Source: a bacterium (GTDB lineage Bacteria > Patescibacteriota > Minisyncoccia > UBA6257 > WO2-44-18). From it: a stretch of 64,000 bases of DNA. The notes below the pieces were generated by a model. The model worked only from the letters and a program-made list of their open reading frames with translations, ran no database searches and was not told the DNA's origin. The position numbers and the translations under genes were made by a program. How positions within the stretch are numbered: the first letter of the stretch is position 1; every line of letters begins with the position of its first letter. This document shows, piece by piece, positions 18,161 to 28,705 of this stretch. Location: the NCBI GenBank assembly GCA_030646995.1, contig JAUSKF010000004.1:20404-84403 (forward strand), written 5' to 3'.

Positions 18161-19210
18161 CTAAGAAATCAAATACTTTTCCAAAAAGAAAAACACCAGG
18201 CCAAGCGCGCTAAAAATTGCGGAGATAATCCAAAAACGCATAGTAACTTTAGTTTCCGGCCAACCCAGGGCTTCAAAATGATGATGAATAGGGGCCGACA
18301 AAAAAACTTTCTTCCCACGAAACTTCTTACTAAGAACCTGCACGATAACAGAGAAAGATTCGAACACCATAACCGAAGCGAACAGCGGTAGTAGTAAAGT
18401 GGTGTTGGTCAGCATCGCGATTACGCCCATGGTTATTCCCAATGACATCGAACCGGTGTCTCCCATAAAAAAGCGGGCCGGATAGATATTGAACCATAAA
18501 AACGCGAGCAGGGCGCCGATGGTAACGCCGCTAAAAGCTGCCAAATCATAGCGACCGATGGCGAAGGCCACGACCGTAAGCGCCGAAAAAGCGAAAAGCA
18601 AAACCCCTCCAGCCAAACCATCCAAGCCATCAGTCTCATTGGCTGAAAAAGCGCTGGCTACGATAATAAATACGAATAGCGGTATATACCATAAGCCAAT
18701 TTCCAGATTTCCAACCAAAGGAATATGAAGAACGCTCCAATCCAATCGATAATAGAACCAAAGCGAACCAACTATCGCCAAGGTGAGATAGAGGACCAGT
18801 TTCTGAGTCATCCTCAATCCCCCTCCGTAGGGTCCAATCTTGAGAACCCCAAGTATGTCATCAGATAATCCTAAGATTGCCGCGATAAACATAGCCGCAA
18901 TCGGCAAATAAGTCTGAGCCCGATCCACGAAACTTAAATAGGTCCAGAATCCATCAAAAAGAAGATCGAGAATCAAAAAAAACATTGCTAAACCTAAGAC
19001 CGTAATCCAAATAATCGAGCCGCCCATCGTCGGCGTACCGGCTTTCTTGGCGTGTAAGCTGGAAAATATCGGAGCAGATTCACTGGAACGAATTTGTTTT
19101 GCGGCGTGAAATTTATAAAGCAGCTTGGAAATCAAGGGCGTTAAAGCCAATGCCACTAAAAATGACACTAGCGAAAGACCTATGACTCGGACTGCTTGAA
19201 GAACAATCAT
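18161..19210 (-). CDS. mraY: Phospho-N-acetylmuramoyl-pentapeptide transferase
   Basis: GT4 MraY signatures (DDxxG, NExDGLDGLA, ten TM helices). Confidence 0.9.
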   Translation of the reverse strand: MIVLQAVRVIGLSLVSFLVALALTPLISKLLYKFHAAKQIRSSESAPIFSSLHAKKAGTPTMGGSIIWITVLGLAMFFLILDLLFDGFWTYLSFVDRAQTYLPIAAMFIAAILGLSDDILGVLKIGPYGGGLRMTQKLVLYLTLAIVGSLWFYYRLDWSVLHIPLVGNLEIGLWYIPLFVFIIVASAFSANETDGLDGLAGGVLLFAFSALTVVAFAIGRYDLAAFSGVTIGALLAFLWFNIYPARFFMGDTGSMSLGITMGVIAMLTNTTLLLPLFASVMVFESFSVIVQVLSKKFRGKKVFLSAPIHHHFEALGWPETKVTMRFWIISAIFSALGLVFFFLEKYLIS

Positions 19211-19235
19211 TGGGGTGGTAATTAGTTGCTATTGA

Positions 19236-20153
19236 TTAATTATCGACTAGAAACCAGTCACTTAAAATCTCAGTATCTTCCGCCCGCTGTTTGCTTCCCA
19301 GAACGATGACCGCGAACGCGCGGTTGCGATAATTGAATAATGATACCAAGTTACCACCTGCCTCATCAATAAATCCGGTTTTCCCGCCGATAAAATTAGA
19401 ATATCCCGCAAAAGGATGGGTCGCGCCTTCGATTTTTTCTTGCGAGAGAGTTAATAGGTTTATATGTCTTGTGAATATATAATTCACAAGACGATTCAAA
19501 TCTTCTGCGGTGGTCAAATCCAGCGGCGAAAGTCCGCTTGAATCAAAGAATCGGGTATTAGACATTCCCATCTCCGATGCCTTTTTATTCATCATCGATA
19601 CAAAATTTTCTTTCCCGAAATGCTCTGCGATAGCTACTGCTGCGTCATTACTGGAAAAAACCATCATCACCCTCAAAAGATCCATAAGTGGATAAGATTT
19701 CCCGCTGACTAAATTACCGGCAGAACTTTCCGTGGCGATTGCAGCCGGGCTCACCTTAATAATCTGATCACTGCTTAAATTTTCGATCGCCACCACGGCC
19801 GTAACTAACTTGGCCAAAGAGGCGGCCGACCATTGTTTTTGAGAATTAAAACTAAACACCGGCTTAATAATTCCAATTTCTTGTACTAAGGCGGAAATTC
19901 CTGAAATGGAGGGGGTAAGAATTGCCGACTCTGTTACTTTCACTAATAAAGCGCCCCTCTTGGAAATCAGATCAGGAATAACGACCGCTTTGGCTAGTAT
20001 GTTATCTCGCGAGATAACACCTGATATTCTATCAGCCTGACGGATCTGCTCACGCTGACTGTGCCCGCGCGCGCCTCCGGCTAAAACCAAAATAAAAACC
20101 ACAATCGTAAAAAATAAACCGTGAAAATTATGCTCCTTGTGTTCCTTGGTCAT
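19236..20153 (-). CDS. dacA: D-alanyl-D-alanine carboxypeptidase (peptidase S11, PBP5-like)
   Basis: SxxK motif (SAASLAKL), SxN and KTG-like motifs, N-terminal signal anchor. Confidence 0.7.
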   Translation of the reverse strand: MTKEHKEHNFHGLFFTIVVFILVLAGGARGHSQREQIRQADRISGVISRDNILAKAVVIPDLISKRGALLVKVTESAILTPSISGISALVQEIGIIKPVFSFNSQKQWSAASLAKLVTAVVAIENLSSDQIIKVSPAAIATESSAGNLVSGKSYPLMDLLRVMMVFSSNDAAVAIAEHFGKENFVSMMNKKASEMGMSNTRFFDSSGLSPLDLTTAEDLNRLVNYIFTRHINLLTLSQEKIEGATHPFAGYSNFIGGKTGFIDEAGGNLVSLFNYRNRAFAVIVLGSKQRAEDTEILSDWFLVDN

Positions 20154-20207
20154 TGTAGAATATTTTTATTATTTAAAGATTTAAATATTGAAACATAAAG
20201 CGTGGGT

Positions 20208-20798
20208 TCATTCGGTTGGGAGACCAGCTGAAGTCTCGGGTGCCGCTGGGGGTGGACCAACCTCGGCGGGATTTCTTAATTTTGATATCAGGCTCTGGAA
20301 TTTTTCATAATCAGGTAAATCTTCAACTCTGGCCACGCCCAAAAACTTCAAAAGCTCGAAGTTAGGCTTATACAAATAAACATTCCCCCTCTTCGGGTCA
20401 GGATAACGCTCCACAAGCCCTCGGATAGAAAGATTCCGCAAGCTGAAGCTGGAATTGACGCCTCGGATATAATCCAGCTCTGCGCGAGTCATCGGGCCGG
20501 CATAAGCGACGATGGAAAGCGTCTCTAGGGCGGCCGGTGTCAGATTTTCCCGCAATTCTTCTTTCATCACTGTCTCCAGCAAAGAAGAGAAGTCTGGCTT
20601 GGTAGTTAGTTGAACTTTTTCTTTATCGTAAACCAAAAAAAGTCCGCGATTCCCGGCCTTCAACTCTTCCGCTAATTTCTTAAGCGCCGCCTCTACATCT
20701 TCTTCAGAAGCCTTTAAAGTTTGTGCAATCTTTTTTAAACCAATTGCATCTCCGTAGATAAAAAGTAGCGCCTCAATTTTAGCTATTATTTCAGCCAT
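20208..20798 (-). CDS. scpB: Segregation and condensation protein B
   Basis: Winged-helix ScpB pattern (LEALLFIYGD...TLSIVAYAGPMTRAELDYIRGV); start trimmed to MAEIIAKIE inside ORF 20208..20846; Pro/Ala-rich C-terminal tail. Confidence 0.8.
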   Translation of the reverse strand: MAEIIAKIEALLFIYGDAIGLKKIAQTLKASEEDVEAALKKLAEELKAGNRGLFLVYDKEKVQLTTKPDFSSLLETVMKEELRENLTPAALETLSIVAYAGPMTRAELDYIRGVNSSFSLRNLSIRGLVERYPDPKRGNVYLYKPNFELLKFLGVARVEDLPDYEKFQSLISKLRNPAEVGPPPAAPETSAGLPTE

Positions 20799-21504
20799 TA
20801 GATTTTTGAATAACCATGTCTTCAAACTGACTCCCCTGTTCAACATTAATAATACGCTCTTTCAAAAGATGCAGAATAGCCAAAAATAAAATAATTACTT
20901 CATGCCGAGCCTTCTGGCCGGACATTGTGCGAAAGCTGTGCTGACCAGCATCTTTAAATCTATTTAACAGCTCTTCCATCTTTTGTTCAATAGTTACCAC
21001 CGTCCTTTTGACGGTTTGCTCTTCCGGCAACAATACTTTTAAAATTGCCGCCAGATTATTCACGGCGCGAGCCAGATCAGAAATTTTCAAATCTTCCGGA
21101 GGATAAAAAATTGATTGCTCGCCTAAGCTAAAAAACAACGGCCTCGCATAGGCGGAAACATTCCTATCCCAAAGATTTTTAATGAACCCACTCGCCTGCT
21201 TGAACTCGCGATAAATTCTCAATCTGCCCTCCAAATCTTTAATATCTTCTTCCTCATCTTTAGAAAGCTCCAACATCGGTAAAAGCGCTTTTGATTTTAT
21301 AAGCACCAATTTCGCCGCCACCACCAAAAAATCGGCAATCACTCCTGGAGCCGTTTTCTCTAACGTTTTCACATATCGTAAAAAGTCGGCAGTAACCTCC
21401 GCCAAACTGACGGCGGTGATCTCCAACTTTTTTTCTTCGATTAATTCCAGCAGCTTCCCAAGTGGCCCGGCAAATTGTTGTGTTTTAACTTCGTAATTGG
21501 TCAT
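20791..21504 (-). CDS. scpA: Segregation and condensation protein A
   Basis: ScpA kleisin family pattern; directly upstream of scpB. Confidence 0.8.
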   Translation of the reverse strand: MTNYEVKTQQFAGPLGKLLELIEEKKLEITAVSLAEVTADFLRYVKTLEKTAPGVIADFLVVAAKLVLIKSKALLPMLELSKDEEEDIKDLEGRLRIYREFKQASGFIKNLWDRNVSAYARPLFFSLGEQSIFYPPEDLKISDLARAVNNLAAILKVLLPEEQTVKRTVVTIEQKMEELLNRFKDAGQHSFRTMSGQKARHEVIILFLAILHLLKERIINVEQGSQFEDMVIQKSNG

Positions 21505-21513
21505 AAAATATTC

Positions 21514-22722
21514 CTATGGCGTTTCAGGCTTCAGCGCATCTTTAGTATAAATGTTTGATGCGTTCCAAAGCATCCAGCCGCCATCAAGATCGGGGTGGCC
21601 GGCTACTGAATCTTCCCAAGCCTGAATCTGGGCCTTCACTTTCACGGCGTCATAGTCAGCCCCCAAATCAAAATCCTGAAACCACGGCCGAAGCTTGGCC
21701 CGAATCGGAGTAGTAGAAGCATAGACTTTAAATTCTTCAATTCTTTTCACCGCAGTGTCCATAGAGTATTTTATCACTTCATAAGGATACTCTGCCGGCT
21801 TTTCAAATCCGATGAATCCCGTGAAGTAATGAGATGGGTAAGTCATCGGAGCGATGGCATCTAAGTACGGCAGAGCGAATTCCAGATGCTGACCGATGCC
21901 CAATCCGTCTTTGTTTATAGTCACCAATCCGAACAAATCACCGGAAATTTTACCGTCAGGAATCTGCGCGTGAAGATACTCAAGAAATTGCCGAACGATT
22001 TTCGTTTTTAAAGTTTTCTCATCCCAAAAAGGATACTTGATATCATCCATATCGCCGTCGGAAGCAAAACGAATATAATCAAAATTCGCCTCATCCACTC
22101 CCCTGGCCAGAATCTCTTTAGCGATATCGGCATTGTATTGCCAAACTTCCGTAGAAGCCGTATCCATCCACATCAAACCTTTGAAATCTTTCCATAGTCC
22201 TCCGGTTGAAGAACTATAAAGAGCGAGGTCCGGACGGGCCAAGGCCAGACGTTGATCCTGAAAGACCGAAATACGGCCGATTACATAAATTCCTTCGTCA
22301 TGAAAACGCTTCACTAGTTGGTTCAGCTTGGGAATTCTAATTTCAATAGCGTCGTATTTTTTAGGAAGCTCTAAATCAGTGTTGTATGCCACGTAACCGG
22401 AATAATCCTTAATATCAATAACTATCGCATTTAATTCCGTTTCTTTTATCAGATCAATTAAATATTTTAATTTTTTTTCACTGCCGGCTGACCAGCTAGT
22501 AGCGTAGATAGCTTTGATTTTTTCCGGAGGATTGATCAGTGGCTTCTGCGGGGCAATATCAACAATTTTTGGAACAACCGGTTCCGCCGGAGCAACTTTT
22601 TTCTCTACCCCCATGTCTTCCGTAGATAGAATAATTATCTTATTGGATTCCTGTGAAAATAAAAAAAGCCCGAGGCCGGCTAAAAATATCCCTATTGAAA
22701 TTATCATATTCCTCACGCGCAT
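21514..22722 (-). CDS. Putative glycoside hydrolase-like protein (GHL/DUF4015 family), signal-anchored
   Basis: 402 aa, N-terminal TM, TIM-barrel GH-like motifs (YPSHYF, WFQDFDLGADYD). Confidence 0.45.
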   Translation of the reverse strand: MRVRNMIISIGIFLAGLGLFLFSQESNKIIILSTEDMGVEKKVAPAEPVVPKIVDIAPQKPLINPPEKIKAIYATSWSAGSEKKLKYLIDLIKETELNAIVIDIKDYSGYVAYNTDLELPKKYDAIEIRIPKLNQLVKRFHDEGIYVIGRISVFQDQRLALARPDLALYSSSTGGLWKDFKGLMWMDTASTEVWQYNADIAKEILARGVDEANFDYIRFASDGDMDDIKYPFWDEKTLKTKIVRQFLEYLHAQIPDGKISGDLFGLVTINKDGLGIGQHLEFALPYLDAIAPMTYPSHYFTGFIGFEKPAEYPYEVIKYSMDTAVKRIEEFKVYASTTPIRAKLRPWFQDFDLGADYDAVKVKAQIQAWEDSVAGHPDLDGGWMLWNASNIYTKDALKPETP

Positions 22723-22916
22723 GAATTTACCTTAATTTTACCTCACCCGAGGCCGACTGCCAATAAGACTTATAAGTCCTATGTGACGTATTTGTCCTAT
22801 GACACTCCTAGGTATTGACGGGTTCGAGAAAGTGTTGTAGGATGGCGGTAGCGAGATTTGGCGTGGTGCCAAGTCCTTACCAATTTTCAATAAGTTTCAG
22901 ATGAAGGAGGCGGCAG

Positions 22917-23666
22917 ATGGCCAGAGAAGAGAAGGCTAGAACGAAAGGTACGGGATTCGTTAAGCTGGTGAAGAAAGGCAAAGATGGTGAGTGGATCGAG
23001 TTGCTTCTCGTGCACAATCTTTCCAAGCCAATGCCCGATGGCAAACCCAAGAATGTTGGCTGGGGAACACCGGGCGGTGGAGTTCGCGAAGATGAAAATG
23101 AGTATGAGGGAACGCTCCGTGAGTTGTTTGAAGAAAGCAATGCATTCCTCAATGTCGTCAGAGAGCTGATGAAAGAATTTATCGGACGCGAGCATGAGTT
23201 CGGCTATCTGGAGTATATGAACGAGGAAGATCAGAAAAAAGTTCTCACCATTCACCGGTTTGAAAAAATGCCGGAAAGGCTGGACAGTCTCACAAGGGAG
23301 ATCAAGCGACTGAAGATCGAAGATCCTCGGCTGAAGCCGGCTGTTGAGGAACGCAATGCGATCATCACGGAATATGCCTCTGCCGCAAAGAAATTCGGCC
23401 TGATAAAAATGATCGGCCAGCCGACGCCAGAAAATGGCCGCGACGGTGGGACTCATACGACCTGGCTGTTTGAGGTAGATGCCGCCGACATCCTCAACAT
23501 CGATGATCTAGGAACTCGCAACGAGATCGCCGGGAACGTAGACGGCTGGATGTGGGCGATGCGCGAATATCTCGAAGAGCGCGGAAGAAATTACAAGAAC
23601 TCTTTCGGCAAACCCGACTACATCTACGTAAAACACCTGCGCCGTCTTGGATTGATTCAAGACTAA
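22917..23666 (+). CDS. Nudix-box containing protein (N-terminal Nudix-like domain, C-terminal unknown)
   Basis: GGVREDENEYEGTLRELFEESNA fits GX5EX7REUXEEXGU except G->N; strong RBS AAGGAGG; intrinsic terminator at ~23668-23705; GC-rich relative to neighbours. Confidence 0.5.
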   Translation: MAREEKARTKGTGFVKLVKKGKDGEWIELLLVHNLSKPMPDGKPKNVGWGTPGGGVREDENEYEGTLRELFEESNAFLNVVRELMKEFIGREHEFGYLEYMNEEDQKKVLTIHRFEKMPERLDSLTREIKRLKIEDPRLKPAVEERNAIITEYASAAKKFGLIKMIGQPTPENGRDGGTHTTWLFEVDAADILNIDDLGTRNEIAGNVDGWMWAMREYLEERGRNYKNSFGKPDYIYVKHLRRLGLIQD

Positions 23667-23733
23667 CAATCACCCGCCCCCCACAGGGGCGGTTTTTTTA
23701 CTTTTGTTATAGAATAATAGCAATGTCCAAATA

Positions 23734-23976
23734 CCCTTTTTCCCAATTGATAAGAGAAATTTTTATTCAATCTCCAAGGCGCGAGAGTGTAGCTGTAGAC
23801 TCTACTGCAAGCTTGAGCAACGAAGGAGTTTATAAAAATTTCCTTACCCATCCGGGAGGCACGACTATAGCCGATTTCTTTGTCGCTCCTCTTCAGGGTA
23901 GAGTCTACGCTTTCATCGTCGCTTCGCGAAATCTAGGCTATAGTCGTAGCCTTCAATTGGTAAAGGAGGGTATTTA
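23734..23976 (+). repeat. Duplicated ~245-nt structured element, copy 2, immediately upstream of dnaX
   Basis: See copy 1 at 15230-15472; all 5 substitutions in the shared 140-bp block would be non-synonymous in the ORF-track frame. Confidence 0.55.
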
Positions 23977-23987
23977 GACATTGCCGT

Positions 23988-25094
23988 ATGGCACTCGCTA
24001 TATATAGAAAGTACCGCCCGAAAAGTTTTGACGAGCTTTTGGGTCAAAAAGAAATAATCGAGGTACTCCGCAACGCGGCGCGGCAAAATAAAATCGCCCA
24101 CGCCTATCTTTTCTATGGCCCAAAGGGCACCGGCAAAACCACCGTCGCCCGCCTCGTTGCCAAACTCGCCAACTGCGAGACTCGCAAAGAAGACAAAGCT
24201 TTCGGCCAGAAAGGCGAACCCTGCAACAAATGCGCTCACTGTTCGGAGATAGATTCCGGCCGGGCGCTAGACGTAATTGAAATTGACGCCGCCTCCAACC
24301 GCGGCATAGACGACGTGCGCGAACTGCGCGAAGGCATCCGCCTCTCCCCTTCTTCTTACGACTACAAGGTGGTCATTCTAGACGAGGTCCACATGTTGAG
24401 CCGCGACGCATTTAACGCGCTTTTGAAAACTCTGGAAGAGCCGCCGGCGCACGCGATAATTATTTTGGCGACCACCGAACTGGAAAAGGTCCCTCCGACC
24501 ATCATCTCCCGCACCCAGCGATTTCATTTCCGAAAACTGACCGTGGAAGAAATTATTGAGAAGTTGAACCGGATTGCCGCCACGGAAAAATTCAAAGTCG
24601 CCGAAGATGCCATAGAATTGATTGCCGCCTCAGCCGAAGGTAGCTTGCGCGACGCCGAATCTCTGCTGGACCAGATGGCCAGCATCAAAACGGAGATCTC
24701 CGTTGAAGATATAGAAAAAATTATCGGCAAAGTGGGCCTCGCTCGCACTGCCGACTTCTCCGAACTGGTACTCTCCACCGATCTAGCGGGCGCTTTGAAA
24801 TATATTTCCGACCTGAACTCGGGCGGCTATAACTTAGTGGACTTCAACAAGGAACTGATAAATTACTGGCGCCGGTTGTTGAGTCTGAAATTTGACCCAA
24901 AGCTGGATGAGTTATATAAAAACGAACTGACGAAAAAAGAATTGGAAAAAATGAAAGCGCAAAGCGTGAAAGTCGTCGCCGATAAACACATTAATTTCAT
25001 AAAATCCCTCATCCGCGCCTACAGCGAAATGCGCTACTCCCCTTTTGCAATCGTCCCGCTGGAAATCGCGATAATTGAGAATTTGCAGAAATAG
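23988..25094 (+). CDS. dnaX: DNA polymerase III subunit gamma/tau (short form)
   Basis: AAA+ clamp-loader motifs (GPKGTGKTT, DEVHML, SRTQRF), zinc module CxxC...CxxC. Confidence 0.85.
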   Translation: MALAIYRKYRPKSFDELLGQKEIIEVLRNAARQNKIAHAYLFYGPKGTGKTTVARLVAKLANCETRKEDKAFGQKGEPCNKCAHCSEIDSGRALDVIEIDAASNRGIDDVRELREGIRLSPSSYDYKVVILDEVHMLSRDAFNALLKTLEEPPAHAIIILATTELEKVPPTIISRTQRFHFRKLTVEEIIEKLNRIAATEKFKVAEDAIELIAASAEGSLRDAESLLDQMASIKTEISVEDIEKIIGKVGLARTADFSELVLSTDLAGALKYISDLNSGGYNLVDFNKELINYWRRLLSLKFDPKLDELYKNELTKKELEKMKAQSVKVVADKHINFIKSLIRAYSEMRYSPFAIVPLEIAIIENLQK

Positions 25095-25095
25095 T

Positions 25096-25167
25096 TCCGG
25101 GGCAGGGAATCGAACCCCAATATCATCCTTCAAAGGGATGCGTCCGACCATTAGACGACCCCGGAAT
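25096..25167 (-). tRNA. tRNA-Gln (anticodon TTG)
   Basis: Reverse complement folds as cloverleaf: acceptor TCCGGGG/CCCCGGA, D-arm GTCT..GGAC, anticodon stem CATCC/GGATG with loop CTTTGAA, T-loop TTCGATT (T-stem has two G-U pairs). Confidence 0.65.
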
Positions 25168-25536
25168 AAACCTACTTTAACTCAAAAAAGCCATTCATTC
25201 AATCATTGAGGATTGCTGGGATTTTTATTCCTCCGTAGTTATGTATAATATATTTATGATGAATTTTAATTTTTCAACGATGAATTGGAGCCTCTGGACA
25301 CCGCTTATGGGGGCGGGAATGATTTTAAGCTTGGCTTTCGTAGTATGGTCTCTATTTGGAAGGGAATGTCGATGTGGAAAGCGGCTCAAAAAGGAGACCG
25401 TAATTGGTTTATTGCTCTATTGATACTCAATACGGCCGGAATTTTGGACATTCTTTATATCTATCATTTCAGCAAGAAGAACGAGGCGCCTGCAGAAGTA
25501 AAGCAATAAACGTTAAAATCGTGTAAAGTAGCAGTA

Positions 25537-27060
25537 ATGTCTAAGTATCTTACTTTCGGAGCTATTTTAGCTGTGATTATCAGCGCGGGACTTTTCTCTC
25601 TTGGCGACCCAGCTGAGCTGGGTCAGGCCACGCTTAGCGTGGCGAACAAAAAAACCGAAAATGTAGCAGCAAATCCCTCAACAAGCGGAGCAGGTTTTGT
25701 CATCAAGATGAGCGATGCCGGCTATGACAAGTTGGCTTTGGAAATAAAGCAGGGCGATACGGTCACTTTTGAAAATACTGGGACAACCAAATACCGCTGG
25801 CCGGCTTCCAACATCCATCCGACTCATCAAATATATTCGGAGTTTGATCCGAAGAAAAAAATGGCGCCCGGAGAATCCTGGAGCTTCACCTTTAACAAAC
25901 CCGGAACCTGGAAATTCCACGACCACCTCGCCCCCGGTATCGTTGGGGACATCAAAGTAATCCCGGTTGCCGGAGCGATCGAAAATATCGCGTCGGAAAA
26001 AGTTGAACCGAAAAAATCTGTTCCAAAACCGACCACTAAAACTGAAACTGATTTCGCCTCCATAAATATCATGGCGGCCCTGAAAGATAACGAACAGCTG
26101 ACCAAATGGCTGAACGCGGTCGGCCCGAAAAAAATAATGGAAAAACTACTGAAAGACACCAACGGCGGTTCGTTGGTGGACTGCCATCAGGAATCCCACA
26201 CCGTCGGACGATTAGCATTTAAAATATACGGCGCCTCGGCTTTCGGCGACGGCAATTCTTCCTGCCACTCCGGCTATTATCACGGAGCAATGGAAGAGTT
26301 GCTAAAAGAAAAGGGCACCGCCAATCTATCAAAAACCATCAATGATGTCTGTGATACTTTCAACACCAGCTTCGGACGCTTTGAATGTCTGCACGGTGTC
26401 GGCCATGGCGTCCTGGCCTATGATAACTACGACCTTCCGAAGGCCATAAAAACCTGCCGGCTCCTAAAGGATGACTACTCTGTCTCCTCCTGCTACGGCG
26501 GAATGTTTATGGAAAATATCATCACCGGCCAGGGTTCCGGCGGGAGTAAGGACCACGACACGGAATGGGTCAGCAAAGATCCGCAGTTCCCCTGTAATGC
26601 CATTGATCAGGACCACGAAGTTCAATATCAGTGCTATCAGATGCAGACCAGCTGGATGCTGACGCTGTTTAGTTATGACTTCAATAAAGTCTCTGAAGAA
26701 TGCCTGAAATCCCGCCCGGATATGGTTGAGGTCTGCTTTAAAAGCTATGGCAGGGACGCGGCCGGCCACACCCTGCGCAATCCGCAAAAGATTAAAGAAT
26801 TATGCGGAAAAATTCCGGACATCCAAAACTACTACTACATCTGCGTAGTGGGCGCGGTGAACGTGGTCGTTGATTTCTGGGGCGACCTGCTCACCACCCA
26901 AGCCACCGAGCTTTGCCAAATCCTTCCCGAAACCGGAAAACGCTCCTGCTACACTACACTCGCCTCTCGCCTGCTGGATGTATTCAACACACCAGAGCGC
27001 CGAAAACTTATCTGTGACGGCTTTGAGGCTGATTATAAAAATCTATGTCTAGCCAATTAG
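25537..27060 (+). CDS. Secreted two-domain protein: N-terminal cupredoxin-like domain fused to Cys/His-rich C-terminal domain
   Basis: Signal anchor; cupredoxin beta-sandwich pattern (TVTFENTGTTKYRWPASNIHPTH...HDHLAPGIVGDIKVI); C-terminal region with ~20 Cys. Confidence 0.55.
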   Translation: MSKYLTFGAILAVIISAGLFSLGDPAELGQATLSVANKKTENVAANPSTSGAGFVIKMSDAGYDKLALEIKQGDTVTFENTGTTKYRWPASNIHPTHQIYSEFDPKKKMAPGESWSFTFNKPGTWKFHDHLAPGIVGDIKVIPVAGAIENIASEKVEPKKSVPKPTTKTETDFASINIMAALKDNEQLTKWLNAVGPKKIMEKLLKDTNGGSLVDCHQESHTVGRLAFKIYGASAFGDGNSSCHSGYYHGAMEELLKEKGTANLSKTINDVCDTFNTSFGRFECLHGVGHGVLAYDNYDLPKAIKTCRLLKDDYSVSSCYGGMFMENIITGQGSGGSKDHDTEWVSKDPQFPCNAIDQDHEVQYQCYQMQTSWMLTLFSYDFNKVSEECLKSRPDMVEVCFKSYGRDAAGHTLRNPQKIKELCGKIPDIQNYYYICVVGAVNVVVDFWGDLLTTQATELCQILPETGKRSCYTTLASRLLDVFNTPERRKLICDGFEADYKNLCLAN

Positions 27061-27788
27061 TAATTCTGGCGGGTGGTCAGGGAAAACGGATGAATCATCA
27101 CCTGCCCAAACCGCTCGTTCCTATCGCAGGCAAAAGCATAATTGAGCGACTTCTGGAGCGAATGCGCGACCTCTTCCCGAAACCGGTGATTGTCATCGGC
27201 CACAAAAGCCAGGAAATCAGGAATGCTCTCGGATCTTCATACACCTACGCCGAGCAGAAGGAACAGCGTGGCACAGGCGACGCCCTGCTATCAGCCAAAG
27301 AAGCTCTATCCGATTTTGAAACCATCGTGGTAATTCCCGGAGACAATCCCCTGGTCAGCCGGGAAACAATAGAAGCAATGCTCGCCGATCAGGAGGGAAA
27401 CAACAGCGTGATGGCAATGGCAACGATTAAGGTACCGAATTTCGAAAATGAATTTAAAGTCTGCGAACGCTATGGGCGGGTCATCCGAAGCAGTGATGGT
27501 TCGGCCAACCGAATCGTGGAGTTCAAAGATGCCACAGACGAAGAGAAAAAGATCACCGAAGTTAATCCTAGTTATTATGTTTTTGATACCAATTGGCTCT
27601 GGGAAAATATCGGAAAAATAAAACCCAATAACGCCGCCGGCGAGTATTATTTAACTGATCTTTTGAATATCGCAACCGAGCAGGGTCATAAAGTCCCGGC
27701 CGTTAAAGTAAAAAATCCTATTGAAGGAATGGGTGTAAATAACCCGGAGGAGCTCGCGATAGTTGAGAAATATATTCAAAATTTGTAA
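27045..27788 (+). CDS. Sugar-phosphate nucleotidyltransferase (GlmU N-terminal/MobA-like NTP transferase)
   Basis: LAGGQGKRM pyrophosphorylase motif, PKPLVPIAGKSIIE. Confidence 0.75.
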   Translation: MSSQLVILAGGQGKRMNHHLPKPLVPIAGKSIIERLLERMRDLFPKPVIVIGHKSQEIRNALGSSYTYAEQKEQRGTGDALLSAKEALSDFETIVVIPGDNPLVSRETIEAMLADQEGNNSVMAMATIKVPNFENEFKVCERYGRVIRSSDGSANRIVEFKDATDEEKKITEVNPSYYVFDTNWLWENIGKIKPNNAAGEYYLTDLLNIATEQGHKVPAVKVKNPIEGMGVNNPEELAIVEKYIQNL

Positions 27789-27829
27789 GATAGAGGCAGT
27801 TCTTGCCTAGCTTCTAGGAGAAAACCAGA

Positions 27830-28672
27830 ATGGCAATGCCAAGGAGTCTACTGCTGGTGCGCCACGGAGAATCGGAAGGTAACGTCGCAAAAAAATTATC
27901 TGAAAAACGCGACCACAGTCTATTCACGGAAGCGTTTATGAAACGCCACAGCTCCACTTTCCGCCTTACAAACAAAGGCAGGAAGCAGGCAGAAATGGCC
28001 GGCGATTGGATTCGCAAGAACGTTGGCTTAGAATTCGACCGATGTTACACATCCGTATATCTACGCGCGATTGAAACAGCTTGCATCCTGCAACTTCCGT
28101 TCGCGGAATGGCGAGCAGAGATTTTTCTCCGCGAAAGGGACTGGGGCGATCTCGATGTAGTTTCTCAAGAAGAAAAGGAGACTAAATATAAAGAGATTAT
28201 GGAGGCGCGGAAATCAGATGGAATATTCTGGCGGCCACCAAACGGCGAGTCTATGTCGAACCTCTGCATTAGGGTAGATCGAGTTATTCAAACGATGGCT
28301 CGTGAATGTAGCGGCAAAAATGTGATTGTAGTCTGCCACGGGGAGACAATGAGGGCTTTCCGAATCATCTTGGAAAGAATGTCGCCTTGGGAATATGCCC
28401 GCCTTGATGCCTCGACCGATAAAAAAGACCGCATTCTCAACTGCCAAATCCTACAATATACCCGAGAAGATCGAGTGTTTAGCACGAACCCCGCCATCGG
28501 CGGGGCCACTAAAAAATCCAAAAAGCTTCTCCCCCACTTCACCTGGATGCGCTCCGTCTGCCCGACCAATACCGCCTTATCGAGTAATATCTGGACACCC
28601 ATCCAAAGAAAAAAATACAGCAACAGTGATCTTTGGGAAATCGCCGAACAGACAAAAAGAATGATTGAATAA
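27830..28672 (+). CDS. Histidine phosphatase family protein (phosphoglycerate mutase-like)
   Basis: LVRHGESEGN catalytic RHG motif. Confidence 0.75.
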   Translation: MAMPRSLLLVRHGESEGNVAKKLSEKRDHSLFTEAFMKRHSSTFRLTNKGRKQAEMAGDWIRKNVGLEFDRCYTSVYLRAIETACILQLPFAEWRAEIFLRERDWGDLDVVSQEEKETKYKEIMEARKSDGIFWRPPNGESMSNLCIRVDRVIQTMARECSGKNVIVVCHGETMRAFRIILERMSPWEYARLDASTDKKDRILNCQILQYTREDRVFSTNPAIGGATKKSKKLLPHFTWMRSVCPTNTALSSNIWTPIQRKKYSNSDLWEIAEQTKRMIE

Positions 28673-28705
28673 AAAAACCCGCTAAACGCGGGATTTTTGT
28701 TTTTC
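28673..28705. terminator. Bidirectional intrinsic terminator
   Basis: AAAAAACCCGCTAAACGCGGGATTTTTGTTTTT. Confidence 0.7.

Noticed and set aside
23730-23987. SRP RNA (ffs) immediately upstream of dnaX, as in Firmicutes
   Set aside because: No domain IV signature (no GGAA or AGCA symmetric-loop motifs), and an almost identical copy lies upstream of an unrelated gene. A conserved single-copy SRP RNA should not be duplicated this way.
25241-25509. Two overlapping small plus-strand ORFs (60 and 74 aa) between tRNA-Gln and the cupredoxin-fusion gene
   Set aside because: Each contains one hydrophobic stretch, but they overlap in different frames with no clear RBS. Evidence is insufficient to call either.
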